In this document: positions 1 through 47,286 of the stretch, piece after piece | Layout of the letters: the number at the start of each line of letters is the position of its first letter | Position numbering within the stretch: the first letter of the stretch is position 1 | NCBI RefSeq assembly: GCF_009914755.1 | Contig: NC_060943.1 | DNA: 64,000 nt | From: the human T2T-CHM13v2.0 reference genome, Homo sapiens | Reading direction: 5' to 3' (one strand) | Made by a program: the position numbers and the translations under genes | Notes under the pieces: generated by a model | What the model saw: only the letters and a program-made list of their open reading frames with translations | What the model was told of the DNA's origin: nothing | Database searches by the model: none

Positions 1-367
1 CTAGCCCTCCCCCACCTGCCCAGCAATTTCCTCTGAAAGAGGTGGCTGGAGCCAAAGGCATAGTCAAGGTTAATGCTCCTTTTCCTTTATCCGACCTCTC
101 CCAGATCAGTTAGTGTTTAGGCTCTTTTTCATCAAATATAAAAACCCCGCCCAGTTCATGGCTCGTTTGGCAGCACCCCTGAGGCCCTTTACAGCCCTAG
201 ACCCTGAAGGGTCAGAAGGCCTCTTATTCTCAATATGCATTTTATTACCCAATCTGCTCCTGACATTAAATAAAGCTCCAAAACCCCCACAACAGGACTT
301 AATTAACCTCGCCTTCAAGGTGTACATTAATAGAGTAGAGGCAGCTGCATAGCAACATATTTCTGAG

Positions 368-697
368 TTGCAATTCCTTGCCTCCATTGTGAGAGAAACC
401 CCAGCCACATCTCCAGCACACAAGAACTTCAAAATGCCTACGCCGCAGTGGTCTAGCATTCCTACAGGACCTCCTCCATCAGGATCTTGCTTCAAGTGCC
501 AGAAATCTGGCCACTGGGCCAAGGAATGCCTGCAGCCCGGGATTCCTCCTAAGCTGTGTCCCATCTGTGCAGGACCCCACTGGAAATTGGACTGTCCAAC
601 TTGTCCGGCAGCCACTCCCAAAGCCCCTGGAACTCCGGCCCAAGGCCCTCTGACTGACTCCTTCCCAGATCTTCTTGGCTTAGCGGCTGAAGACTGA
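368..697 (+). pseudogene. HERV-H gag nucleocapsid remnant
   Basis: Two CCHC knuckles, CFKCQKSGHWAKEC and CPICAGPHWKLDC, ending LGLAAED-TGA. Confidence 0.9.
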
Positions 698-737
698 CAC
701 TGCCCCATCACCTCGGAAGCCTCCTGGACCATCACAG

Positions 738-1118
738 ATGCTCTGGGCAACTCTTACAGTGGAGGGCAAGTCTGTCCCCTTCTTAATCAATACGGAGGCT
801 ACCCACTCCACATTACCTTCTTTTCAAGGGCCTGTTTCCCTTGCCTCCATAACTGTTGTGGGTATTGACGGCCAGGCTTCTAAACCTCTTAAAACCCCCC
901 AACTCTGGTGCCAACTTGGACAACATTCTTTTATGCACTTCTTTTTAGTTATCCCCACCTGCCCAGTTCCCTTATTAGGTCAAGACATTATAACCAAATT
1001 ATCTGCTTCCCTGATCATTCCTGGGCTACAGCCACACCTCATTGCCACCCTTTTCCCCAGTTCAAAGCCTCCTTCACATCCTCCCCTTGTATCTCCCCAC
1101 CTTAATCCGCAAGTATAG
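738..1118 (+). pseudogene. HERV-H protease remnant
   Basis: FLINTEATHSTL (degenerate DTGA active site) and CPVPLLGQDII; out of frame with gag. Confidence 0.85.
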
Positions 1119-1238
1119 GATACCTCTACTCCCTCCTTGGTGACCGATCATGCACCCCTTACCATCCCATTAAAACCTAATCACCCTTACCCCACTCAAC
1201 ACCAATATCCCATCCCACAGCACGCTTTAAAAAGGTTA

Positions 1239-1602
<364 letters not shown>

Positions 1603-1840
1603 TTACAACTCCCCTATCCTACCCATCCAAAACCAGACAAGTCTTACAGGTTAGTTCAGGATCTGTGCCTTATCAACCACATTGTCTTGCCTATCCACCC
1701 CATGGTGCCAAACCCGTATACTCTCCTATCCTCAATACCTCCCTCCACAACCCATTATTCTGTTCTAGATAAACCTAGCTGACCCCATAAATCCTAAATC
1801 CTTTCCCCACTCCCCTTTCCATTCCTTAAAAAACAGCCCT

Positions 1841-2160
1841 GGCCGGGCACAGTGGTTCACACCTGTAATCCCAGCACTTTGGGAGGCCGAGGCAGGTGGA
1901 TCACAAGGTCAGGAGATCGAGACCATCCTGGCTAACATGGTGAAACCCCATCTCTACTAAAAATACAAAAAATTAGCCGGGGGTGGTGGCGGGTGCCTGT
2001 AGTCCCAGCTACTCAGGAGGCTAAGGCAGGAGAATGACATGAACCTGGGAAGCGGAGCTTGCAGTGAGCCGAGATCGCGCCACTGCACTCCAGCCTGGGC
2101 AACAGAGTGAGAGACTCTGTCTCAAAAAAAAAACAAAACGAAACAAAAAAACAAAAAAAA
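1841..2160 (+). mobile_element. AluY-like insertion in HERV-H pol
   Basis: Full dimer with TSD AAAAAACAGCCCT (1828-1840 and 2156-2168). Confidence 0.92.
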
Positions 2161-3856
2161 ACAGCCCTAAAAGCTGCTCCCACACTAGCTGTCCCTAACT
2201 CATCCCAACCCTTTTCATCACACGCAGCTGAAGTACAGGGCTGTGCTCTCAGAATTCTTACACAAGAGCCAGGACCGCGCCCTATAGCCTTTCTGTCCAA
2301 ACAACTTGACCTTACTGTTTTAGCCTAGCCCTCATGCCTGTGTGTGGTGGCTGCCGCTGCTTTAATACTTTTAGAGGCCCTCAAAATCACAAACTATGCT
2401 CAACTCACTCTCTACAGTTCTCATAACTTTCAAAATCTATTTTCTTCCTCATACCTGATGCATATACTTTCTGCTCCCCGGCTCCTTCAGCTGTACTCAC
2501 TCTTTGTTGAGTCTCCCACAATCACCATTGTTCCTGGCCCGGACTTCAATCCGGCCTCCCACATTATTCTGGATACCACACCTGACCCTCATGACTATCT
2601 CTCTGATCCACCTGACATTCACCCCATTTCCCCATATTTCCTTCTTTCCTGTTCCTCAGCCTGATCACACTTGGTTTATTGATGGCAGTTCCACCAGGCC
2701 TAATCGCCACACACCAGCAAAGGCAGGCTATGCTATAGTATCTTCCACATCTATCATTGAGGATACTGCTTTGCCTCCCTCCACTACCTCTCAGCAAGCT
2801 GAACTCATTGCCTTAACTCAGGCCCTCACTCTTGCAAAAGGACTACGCGTCAATATTTATACTGACTCTAAATATGCCTTTCATATTCTGCCCCACCATG
2901 CGGTCATATGGGCTGAAAGAGGTTTCCTCACTACACAAGGGTCCTCCATCTTTAATGCCTCCTTAATAAAAACTCTTCTCAAGGCCGCTTCTCTTCCAAA
3001 GGAAGCTGGAGTCATTCACTGCAAGGGCCATCAAAAGGCATCAGATCCCATTGCTCAGGACAACGCTTATGCTGATAAGGTAGCTAAAGAAGCAGCTAGC
3101 TTTCCAACTTCTGCCCCTCACGGCCAGTTTTTCTCCTTCACATCGGTCACTCCCACCTACTCCCCCACTGAAACTGCCACCTATCAATCTCTTCCCACAC
3201 AAGGCAAATAGTTTTTAGACCAAGGAAAATATCTCCTTCCAGCCTCACAGGCCCATTCTATTCTGTCGTCACTTCATAGCCTCTTCCATGTAGGTTACAA
3301 GCCGCTAGCCCATCTCTTAGAACCTCTCATTTCCTTTCCTTCGTGGACATCTATCCTCAAGGAAACCACTTCTCAGTGTTCCATCTGCTATTCTACTACC
3401 CCTCAGGGATTGCTCAGGTCCCCTCCCTTCCCTACACATCAGGCTCGGGGATTTGCCCCCGCCCAGGACTGGCAAATTGACTTCACTCACATGCCCTGAG
3501 TCAGGAAACTAAAATACTTCTTGGTCTGGGTAGACACTTTCACTGGATGGGTAGAGGCCTTTCCCACAGGGTCTGAGAAGGTCACCACAGTCATTTCTTC
3601 CCTTCTGTCAGACATAATTCCACGGTTTGGCCTTCCCACCTCTATACAGTCTGATAACGGACCAGCCTTTATTAGTCAAATCACCCAAGCAGTCTCTCAG
3701 GCTCTCGGTATTTAGTGGCTCCTGGTTTTACCTCAAATCGCCTTAAGTCTCTCTTGAAGTGGATAGATCTTCAGTGGCAAGGTACCCTCCAATACTTTCA
3801 CCCTGATGAAGTCCTATTCTTTACTTCTATGCTCACTGTTATTCTGGTTCCCATTC

Positions 3857-4150
3857 TTTTTTTTTTTTTGAGACAGAGTCTTGCTCTGTTGCCCAGGCTG
3901 GAGTGCAGTGGCGCGATCTCGGCTCACTGCAAGCTCCGACTCCTGGGTTCACACCATTCTCCTGCCTCAGCCTCCGGAGCAGCTGGGACCACAGGCGCCC
4001 GCCACCACACCCAGCTAATTTTTTGTATTTTTAGTAGAGATGGGGTTTCACTGTGTTAGCCAGGATGGTCTCAATCTCCTGACCTTGTGATCCGCCCGCC
4101 TCAGCCTCCCAAAGTGCTGGGATTACAGGGGTGAGCCACCACGCCCGGCC
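3857..4150 (-). mobile_element. AluY-like insertion in HERV-H env region
   Basis: Antisense dimer with TSD TGGTTCCCATTCTT (3845-3858 and 4152-4165). Confidence 0.92.
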
Positions 4151-4263
4151 TTGGTTCCCATTCTTATGCCATCCTCTACCTCTCCCCAGCTATCTCCACC
4201 ACACTATCAATCTCACTCTCTCCCAGCCATTTCTAATCCTCCTTTAACAAACAATTACTGGCT

Positions 4264-4677
4264 TTGCATTTCTCTTTCCTCCAAAATTGCCAAGGCCTCG
4301 ACTTACTCACTGCTAAAAAAAAAAAAGGACTCTGTATATTTTTAAATGAAGAGTGTTGTTTTTACCTAAATCAATCTGGCCTGGTATATGACAACACAAA
4401 AAAACTCAAAGATAGAGCCCCAAAACTCACCAGCCAAGCAAGTAATTATGCTGAACCCCCTTGGACACTCTCTAATTGGATGTCCTGGGTCCTCCGAATT
4501 CTTAGTCCTTTAATACCTGCTTTTCTCCTTCTCTTATTTGGACCTTGTGTCTTCTGTTTAGTTTCTCAATTTATACAAAACCGCATCCAGGCCATCACCA
4601 GTAATTCTAGAAGGACAAATTCTCCTTCTAACAACCCCCAGTATCACCCCTTACCCCAAAATCTTTCTTCAGTTTAA
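4264..4677 (+). pseudogene. HERV-H env transmembrane subunit remnant
   Basis: Immunosuppressive-domain-like LQNCQGLDLLTA, CX6CC motif CIFLNEECC, hydrophobic anchor WVLRILSPLIPAFLLLLFGPC. Confidence 0.88.
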
Positions 4678-4834
4678 TCTCTCCCACTCTAGGTTCCCAC
4701 GCTGCCCCAATCCCACTCGAAGCAGCCCTGAGAAACATCGTCCGTTATCTCTCCATACCACCCCCAAAAATTTTCACCGCCCGAACACTTCACCACTATT
4801 TTGTTTTGTTTTTCTTATTAATATAAGACAGGAA

Positions 4835-5217
4835 TATCAGGCCTCTGAGCCTAAGCTAAGCCATCATATCCCCTGTGACCTGCACGTACACATCCAGATG
4901 GCCTGAAGCAACCGAAGATCCACAAAAGAAGTGAAAATAGCCTTAACTGATGACATTCCACCACTGTGATTTGTTCCTGCCCCACTAACTGATACCATAT
5001 ATTCTGCCCCACCCTTAAGAAGGTACTTTGTAATATTCTCCCCGCCCTTGAATGTACTTTGTACGCCCATCTCAAACCTGTAAGAACTAATGATAATCCC
5101 ACCATCCTTTGCTGACTCCCTTTTCAGACTCAGCCCACCTGCACCCAGGTGAAATAAACAGCCTTGTTGCTCACACAAAGCCTGTTTGGTGGTCTCTTCC
5201 CACAGACGCACGGGACA
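4835..5217 (+). mobile_element. 3' LTR of HERV-H (LTR7 family)
   Basis: Follows purine tract AAGACAGGAA; starts TATCAGGCCTCTGAGCCTAAGCTAAGCC (typical start TGTCAGGCC); AATAAA at 5153-5158; ends ...GGTCTCTTCCCACAGACGCACGGGACA. Confidence 0.9.
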
Positions 5218-5449
5218 CCAGCATCCCTACCAACTGGGTATGATAATGTAATTAACTTCTGTCAATGAGACTGAGTAGGAGTAAACATGTCTCCTTCCAT
5301 TTTACCCCAGTCTGCGGTCTGAAACAGAGTGGGAACTATCTTACCCTATGGGCAAAGGCAACCCCCTGGGGAAAGGAGCTACACAGTAGGATGAGCTTGG
5401 ACCCAGGCAATGTTACAAAACAGAGCCATCATCCCAACTCAGACTTTTA

Positions 5450-5985
<536 letters not shown>

Positions 5986-5994
5986 ATCAACTGT

Positions 5995-6356
5995 TGTGTT
6001 GGTCCATTTGGGCTGCTGTAACAGAACACCGTAGACCTGGTCATTTACAAACAATACAAATGTATTGCTCACAGGTCTGTAGGCTGGAAAGACCAGGATC
6101 AGGGCGCCAGAAGACTCAGTGTGGAGGGAGGGTCTGCTCTCTGCTTCACAGATGGTGCCTTCTTGCTGTGTCCTCACACAGCCAAAGGGGCAAGGGGCTC
6201 TCCCTCAAGCCTCTTTTATAAGGACATTAACCCCATTTGTGAGGGCTCTGCCTTCATGACCTAGTCACCTCCTAAAGTCCCGTGGAATACTATTGCATTC
6301 ATGATCAGGTTTCAACATGTAAATTTTGAGGGGATACATACATTCAAAGCATAGCA
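5995..6356 (-). mobile_element. MaLR LTR (MLT1A-like)
   Basis: GGGCTGCTGTAACAGAACACC...CATTCAAAGCATAGCA resembles antisense MLT1A; subfamily by eye. Confidence 0.7.
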
Positions 6357-6526
6357 ACTGTCTGGTTATTTGGGATTTAGGGCCCAGTGGCCAGACCCAC
6401 ATGGTCACTAATAAGACATCCCAAATGGAAAGTCGGAAAGGCAGAACAGCAAACAATACTTATTGTCACTGAACTGACTCTCCCATACGAAACTTTACGT
6501 GTCACTTTTTAAATTTACTTTTGCAT

Positions 6527-6548
6527 TGTGTGTGTGTGTGCGTGTGTG

Positions 6549-6582
<34 letters not shown>
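6527..6582. repeat. (TG)n microsatellite at an Alu tail
   Basis: About 28 TG units with two CG interruptions. Confidence 0.95.
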
Positions 6583-8390
<1,808 letters not shown>

Positions 8391-8519
8391 ACTTTAATGA
8401 TTATTGGTGACACTCTTTCAAGTAACTTCTTGGTAATAAGAAGTCAATTAACCAGGAGAGACCAGCTGCATCTCAACCATAATAACATCAGAGAACCCAG
8501 CGGGTGTCTGAGGGGAGCG

Positions 8520-8525
8520 TTTATT
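8520..8525 (-). terminator. TNNT1: TNNT1 polyadenylation signal AATAAA
   Basis: TTTATT on + strand, about 65 nt past the stop codon. Confidence 0.85.
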
Positions 8526-8588
8526 TCAAGCTACCGATGGGACAAACACTCCCAGGCTTCCCAGGTGCCACTGTCCGGGGCGGCATCC

Positions 8589-23156
<14,568 letters not shown>

Positions 23157-23221
23157 CCTGGTGCGGCCTAAGGACCAGAGAGAAGAGGCCCAGTGGGGTG
23201 GGGCCCCAAGGAGGGGGCGAC

Positions 23222-23930
23222 CTAGACTCCTGGGTGTGAGGGAGGAGGGGCTGGGGGCCTGGACTCCTGGGTCTGGACTCCTGGGTGTGAGAGAGGAGGA
23301 GCTGGGGTCTGGACTCCTGGGTGTGAGAGAGGAGGAGCTGGGGCCTGGACTCCTGGGTCTGAGGGAGGAGGAGCTGGGGCCTGGACTCCTGGGTCTGAGG
23401 AAGGAGGGGCTGGGGCCTGGACTTCTGGGTCTGAGGGAGGAGGGACTGGGGTCCTGAACTCCTGGATCTGAGGGAGGAGGGGCTGGGGGCCGGATTCCTG
23501 GGTCTGAGGGAGGAGGGGCTGGGGGGTGTGTGGGAGGGTGGGTGTGGACTCCTGAGACTGAGATGGGTTGTCCTGGACACCTGGGTCTGAGGGAGGAGGG
23601 GCCGCGGGCCTGGACACCTGGGTCTGAGGGGGGAGGGGCTGGAGGCTTGGACTCCTGGATCTGAGGGAGGAGGGGCCAGGGGCCTGGACGCCTGGGTCTG
23701 AGGGAGGAGGGGCCGCGGGCCTGGACGCCTGGGTCTGAGGGAGGAGGGTCTGGGGGCCTGGCCTCCTGGGTCTGAGGGAGGAGGAGCTGGGGCCTGGACT
23801 CCTGGATCTAAGGGAGGAGAGGCTGGGAGTCTGGACTCCTGAGTCTGAGGGAGGAGGGGGCTGGGGGCCTGTACTCCTGCGTCTGAGGGAGGAGGGCTCA
23901 GGTCTGGACTCTTGGGTCTGAGGGAGGGGG
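23222..23930. repeat. MSR1-type minisatellite array (G-rich on +), TNNT1 intron 1
   Basis: About 19 units of GGACTCCTGGGTCTGAGGGAGGAGGGGCTGGGGCCT. Confidence 0.93.
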
Positions 23931-25124
23931 CCGGCTGTCCTAAAGCATGCATGAGGACAGACCTTGGTAGGTGTGGTCCTGGCACAGCCAGGAGGCTGCA
24001 GACCCTGCCCCCTCAGCACAGCTGTCCTCTTTTGTCTTATGACAAGTCCATGGGAACCTGATCCAGTTGGGATTAGGAAGAGGCATTTGAGAAGGGACAG
24101 TGGCCTGAAGACAATAGCTGCCCCACCCCCAGGAGCTATTTTGGGGGGATGTCATAGATGGTGAAACCGAGGACATTTCCTAAGAAGGGATTTGAGGAAG
24201 GGGGGCTTCTGGGAGAATTAGTCACCCGCATCCCCTCTCCCACTCGCCCCACCCCACTGGCTGGTTTCCTCCCCACCTGTCTCCCCTTTCACCTTCCCAT
24301 ACATCACGTAGGGGGCAGGGGCATAAAGGGCACCTTCTGTCCGTAGACCTCACCCTGACCCCTACATTCTTAGACCTCAAAGTCTTTGAGACACCCTAGG
24401 CCACAGGGTGCCTAGCCCCAAATCCCAATACCCACAGATTCTGAGACCCCGATTTATGATGCCCGTGTTTCTGAGGCCAGCAAGTCCTCACAGCTCTGGA
24501 TTCTGAAATCCCAGTTCTTGATAGTCCAGATATGGGCCGGGACATCCTAAGACCACCCCCAGGTCTTGAGACCTCCTAAAATCTGAAACCTCAAGAATAT
24601 GAGACCCCCAAAATCTTGATACCCAAACTCGGAGGCCCAGTTCATGATACCCCAGATAATGGCACTCTAAGTTTTCATGCTTTCTATCATAATGTCTCAG
24701 ATTCCGAGCCCTCCACTACCAAAACCCCAATTTCTTCTGAGACCCCCCCAATTCCTGATACCCTCAGAGTCTGAGGCCCCAAATCCTGACACCCAGATTG
24801 TTTGACCTCCAAGTCCAGATATCCCTGACTGCTGAGATTTCCCCCAGATTCCCAGAACCCCAAGATCCTAGGAGGTTTTATTCTGGGACATCCAAGTCCT
24901 GGCAGCCCCGGGTTAGGATTTGTGTAACCCACAAATCCTAGTATTTTCCCCTCTATCCTGAGTCCCCCTAAAGTCTGAGCCTCTCAAGTTCCCAGACCTC
25001 CAGTTGTATGCCCCACCTACCTCTGCACCATTTCTCCACACCCGACATCTTCCCCACCTGCCTCCTGCCCCCTCCCCCAAGGACATGGTTTTTGAAGACC
25101 ACAGGGCTCCGCAGAGCCCCTTAC

Positions 25125-25170
25125 CTAGGCTGCGTCTGAGATGCTGTGAATCTTGAGGCTGAGCCTTGCT
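25125..25170 (-). other. TNNT1: TNNT1 non-coding exon 1
   Basis: Ends GCAGCCTAG|GTAAG; start inferred about 29 nt downstream of the TATA box. Confidence 0.8.
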
Positions 25171-25525
25171 GAGGGCACTGAAGCTCCGGGGAGTTTATAG
25201 CTGGAGGCTCGGGCCCGCCCCGAGGGGAGAGGGAGGGGGAGAGAATTCCTTTGCTCAAACACAAGCCTGGGAGTTCAGAGACAGCCCTGCTGCCCCTGGC
25301 TCCACACTCAGAGTCCAGAAGCCTCCGTGGGCCCCTCCCCAACCCCATGCCAACCCCATCTGCATGGCCCAGGAGCCCCGCCCCTGCTCCCACCCCACAC
25401 CCCAGGCTCCCGTGGTGCTCCAACTACCTCCCTTATAGCTCCCTGTGCTTTGACGTCCCCATGCCCGGCACACAGTAGGTCCTTGGAGGACCTACTAATG
25501 ACACATGGGCTATAAGGAATGTTTC
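25171..25525 (-). promoter_or_regulatory. TNNT1: TNNT1 proximal promoter
   Basis: TATAAA at 25194-25199 (-), GC boxes, M-CAT CATTCCT at 25515-25521 (-). Confidence 0.75.
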
Positions 25526-26530
25526 CTGTTTTCTTCTCTCTGTTCCCTCTTTCTATCTAGGTCTCTTTCTGGACCCCCATTTCTGTTGTCTCTGTGGCTC
25601 TCCATCTGTGTGTCTCTGTGTGTCTGTCTCTACTTCTTAGTCTCCTCCTCTGTCTCTGTCCATCTTTTTGTCTCCTCCTCCCACCCCCACCCCTTTGTCT
25701 GCCGCCAGGATTCCATCCTGGTGACAACAGGCACTAAAGCCGGGAAGCAGGTGTGGGGAGGGGGAGGGGGAGGGTGGGGTGTCAATTAGGGTGAAACCTA
25801 CCCTCCCTCCCCACCTCCATCTAACGCTGATCTTTTTTGGTATCCCCCTCCCGCTTCCCAGCCAAGCCATGACCTTGAGTTCTAGGTTCAAGCCAGCCCT
25901 GGAGAGCAGGCTTCCTCACCCTCCCCGCCTCTCCGTACCTCTGTCTCTGGTGGTCTCGGTCTTTGTGTTTCTGTGCATTTCTCGGGGCCCCTTGCTGGGT
26001 CTGTCTTGGGCTCTCTCTGCATCTGTCGCTTTCTGAGCCCCTCAGTGTGTTTCTCGGCATGTGTCTCCGGGTGGTTTTGTCTCTGCATTTCTGTGGGTGT
26101 CTCTGCATGTCTGCCCCTCTCAGCGTTTGTGTCTGTGGGGGCTCACAGTCTCTCTGTGCATTTCTGTCCACCTATGACCCCATTTCTGTCTCTTTTTGGC
26201 TCTGGGTCTCTGTGTCTGTGTTCACGTCTCTATCTTTCTAGTTCTCTCCATGTCTCTCTTAGTGCCCGCAGTTCCCCCTCTGTGGCTCTCCATTTCCATC
26301 TCTTATAGGGTCTCCATGTCTCTGCACCTTGCTGTGAGTATATCTCTGTCTCTCTTTTCTCCTTTCTTTGCACTTCCTTCTATGCATCTTGTGGTATTTT
26401 CTCCCTCTCTCTTTGGGTCTTTGCCTGGCTCCTACTCTCTCTACTCCCAACTCAGTCTCTCTGTTGTCGGTCATGTCTCTCTGCCTGTCTGTTTCTCTGT
26501 GTCTCTCTCTCTTTGACCTTTAGTCTTGGC
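25525..26530. repeat. Low-complexity CT/GT-rich tract
   Basis: Recurrent TCTCTGTGTC-like words. Confidence 0.75.
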
Positions 26531-26562
26531 ATCTCTGTGCACTCCACATGGGCCAGAGGAGC

Positions 26563-27603
<1,041 letters not shown>

Positions 27604-27749
27604 CAGCCAAGAGTGCTTCACATGGGAGACCCATCTGGTCCCCAACCTGCTGTGTGGCTTTGGGGGAGCCCCACCTGCAGTCTTCCCATCTGTCTCCTGC
27701 CTAAGCCCTGGGTAATAGACATGGAGTCACTTTCAGCTCAGAGAGAAGC

Positions 27750-27755
27750 TTTATT
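27750..27755 (-). terminator. TNNI3: TNNI3 polyadenylation signal AATAAA
   Basis: TTTATT on +, about 45 nt after the stop codon. Confidence 0.85.
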
Positions 27756-27797
27756 CCTCAGGGCCCTCCTCAGGGCAGGGGCAGTAGGCAGGAAGGC

Positions 27798-33648
<5,851 letters not shown>

Positions 33649-33900
33649 GCTGAGACTCAGGCCGGGAATGGCAGGAGGCAGGGCGAGGACAGGGGCGTTT
33701 GGAGGGTCAGTGAGGGGGCCGCCCGGGTGACCTTCAGGGTCCCAGGGACCGTCAGTCTCCTCCGGGCTGCTTGAGACTCCCCGAGGACACTGAGATAAAG
33801 GGCGAGGACACAGACTAAATATACTGTCACCTCCTCCTCCCCCTGCCCACTATGCCAGATAACGGGGGCGCGTGAGGGGCGGGGTGGGCCCTGCTCCAGC
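33649..33900 (-). promoter_or_regulatory. TNNI3: TNNI3 5' UTR and proximal promoter
   Basis: A/T-rich TATA/MEF2-like TATATTTAG (33815-33823), GATA sites AGATAA at 33793-33798 and 33857-33862, GC/CACC box at 33876-33888; TSS inferred near 33790. Confidence 0.8.
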
Positions 33901-33934
33901 TGGATCACCAGCCACCTCCGGGCACAGGAATCCG

Positions 33935-34520
33935 GACCCTCCTCCCTCTGATCCTGGAGTCCTAGACCCCTCCTCCCTCAGACCCAGAGAATGCCCGACC
34001 TCCCAACCTCCTCCTCCCTCAGTCCCAGGACCCTGGGAGACCCTGGCCACTCCCTCACACAAGGAGTCCAGGCCCCCAGCCCCCTTTTCCCTCAGACTCA
34101 AGTGTCTGGGCCCCCAGCTCCTCTTCCCTCAGACCCAAGAGTCCAGGCCCCCAGCCCCTCCTCCCTCAGACCCAAGAGTCCAGGCCCCCAGCTCCTCTTC
34201 CCTCAGACCCAAGAGTCCAGGCCCCAGCCCCTCCTCCCTCAGACCCAAGAGTCCAGGCCCCAGCCCCTCCTCCCTCAGACCCAGGAGTCCAGGCCCCCAG
34301 CCCCTCCTCCCTCAGACCCAGGGGTCCAGGCCCCCAGCCCCTCCCTCAGACAAGGGAGTCCAGGCAGGCCCCCAGCACACTTCCTCTCTCAGACTCAAGA
34401 GTCTGCACCCTCAGCTCCTCCTCCCTCAGACCAGGAGTCCAGGACCCCAATCCCTCTCCCCTCAGACCGAGGAGTCCAGGACCCCAATCCCTCTCCCCTC
34501 AGACCCAGGAGTCCAGGCCA
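33935..34520. repeat. MSR1-type array (C-rich on +) directly upstream of the TNNI3 promoter
   Basis: About 15 units of CCCAGCCCCTCCTCCCTCAGACCCAAGAGTCCAGG. Confidence 0.93.
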
Positions 34521-34739
34521 CTCAATAAATGTTGTTGATTAATTTGAGGATGCAGCTGTGCTCGGGGCTAGCTCTCAGTCAATAGCACTGGGAAATCCAT
34601 CCCTCGTCCACTTGGAAACCCAGGAATCTGGTTTCTGGCTTCCTCTGTCCAGCACTCCTGGGCCTTTCTCTCCCAGCCCTGGAGACGGACATAGGACAGG
34701 AAAGACGCTTGGACACACAGAAGGGTGGACACAACTTGC

Positions 34740-34745
34740 TTTACT
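34740..34745 (-). terminator. DNAAF3: Probable DNAAF3 variant poly(A) signal AGTAAA
   Basis: TTTACT on +; I found no minus-strand AATAAA or ATTAAA between the stop at 35121 and the TNNI3 promoter. Confidence 0.6.
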
Positions 34746-35120
34746 TGAACCATCTGGGTGCTGACCAGGCCCTGGTGAGGAGACACCCCAGCCCCTAGTC
34801 AGCCACAGGGTGCCTGGGAACAAGGGGGCCAAAGTCAAGGGCCTGAGACTCAGTGTCAGATCCTAGGCTGGGCTTAGAGCCTCAGAAGTGGAATTTGGAA
34901 TTCTGAGAGAACAATCTAGAATTCTAGGAATAGACCATAGAATCTCAGAAATGGAATTTGAAAGTCTACCAACACTCCCGGGGTGGGGGTGGCGGGTACT
35001 GAGTGGGAATGATTAGAATAAAATTGAGGACTCTAGCAGCGGACTTAGAATGGTATCAGCGGGTTCTCATCCTACAACCTGACTTTGGAAGTTGGAGATA
35101 AGGGGTGTCTAGGGGTTGGG

Positions 35121-42538
<7,418 letters not shown>

Positions 42539-42570
42539 TCACTTCTCGCCCCTTTGCCTCCACATGATAC

Positions 42571-42707
42571 CTTGCCCACACCTTTATCCTCCAAATATCC
42601 CGGGACGCCCCTTCCTCTCTGCTCAGTGCAGCACTGTGGACCCGCGGCACTCCACAACCGCTGCCCAGAGTCCCCGCCCTTTTCGAGGAATCAAGCAATG
42701 GAAGCAT
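42571..42707 (-). CDS. DNAAF3: DNAAF3 exon 1 with an upstream in-frame ATG (potential 47-aa N-terminal extension, 588 aa)
   Basis: ATG at 42705-42707, [10 protein letters not shown]...IKVWAR; donor AAG|GTATC at 42570 joins in frame to acceptor 42476 (G GTG ATG). Confidence 0.65.
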
Positions 42708-42719
42708 GTGGGATGGGAC

Positions 42720-42905
42720 CACAGCGAGCAACTGACCAATGAGAGTGAGCGAGGCCCGCCCTCTACAAACTTTTGGCCAATGGGAGCACTGAGGGCCAGC
42801 CTTCCCCCACACCTAGGAGAAGAGGGCGTGTGGACGCGGTTGTCATGACGACGGCGCCGGCGGGGGAAGGGGCGGTGCTAGAACAGGTTGGGGCGGAGTC
42901 AGGGT
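42720..42905 (-). promoter_or_regulatory. DNAAF3: DNAAF3 promoter (CpG-rich)
   Basis: CCAAT at 42736-42740 and 42777-42781, X-box-like GTTGTCATGACGAC at 42839-42852, GC boxes. Confidence 0.7.
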
Positions 42906-43229
42906 CGGTCCAAATTTCTGGAATGGGGGAGGCCTGGGCTGATTAAAATTGAGAGTGAAGGGAGCTTAATCTTATTTCTTGTTTTTTGTTTTTTTGTTTT
43001 CTTCATATGCCTTTGCTCATACGTAACGGAATTTTCATCAATTCAAATAAAGTGAAGTGTCTAGACTTTAGATGGCAGGCTTCTGAGCCCGCTCCCCGCC
43101 CCAGCACAACGTGGGCTCTACCACACAGAACAGCCCACAGGTGGGACACTGATGTGCAGGTCATTAAAAATTCAGGGATTTGTGAGCTGGTTATTGTTAC
43201 ACGAAGCCATAATTTAAACTTACAGCTAG

Positions 43230-43345
43230 ATCCTTTTGTAGTTTCTAAGCGGGATGATTGGGTGTTCACGCGCATGCGTGAGATGTGCCTCCCTCAAACC
43301 TTGTTACGACATCGGCACATTACTCTTCTGACATGAACAAAAAAA
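43230..43345 (+). pseudogene. U13 (SNORD13) snoRNA retro-pseudogene
   Basis: ATCCTTTTGTAG...GATGATTGGGTGTTCA...GTGAGATGTGCC...CCTTGTTACGAC...GGCACATTAC..CTGAC matches U13 as I recall it; A tail; near-TSD AAACTTACAGCTA/AAAATTACAGGTA; box C mutated to GGGATGA. Confidence 0.88.
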
Positions 43346-43375
43346 TTACAGGTAAATTCTGTAATCGTACAGTTA

Positions 43376-47234
<3,859 letters not shown>

Positions 47235-47280
47235 TAAAGCACAGTTTGGACTCATTTGTCAACTGGGAATAATGATCATG

Positions 47281-47286
47281 TTTATT
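47281..47286 (-). terminator. SYT5: Candidate distal SYT5 poly(A) signal AATAAA
   Basis: TTTATT on +, about 2.3 kb after the stop codon. Confidence 0.5.

Noticed and set aside
106-750. 214-aa ORF antisense to HERV-H gag
   Set aside because: Non-ATG start and no domain; antisense openness is expected in this base composition
4310-4840. Possible APOBEC3 G-to-A hypermutation of the provirus (A13 run in env, TA at the LTR start)
   Set aside because: Too few sites to judge without alignment to a consensus, and the LTR change is not in a GG/GA context
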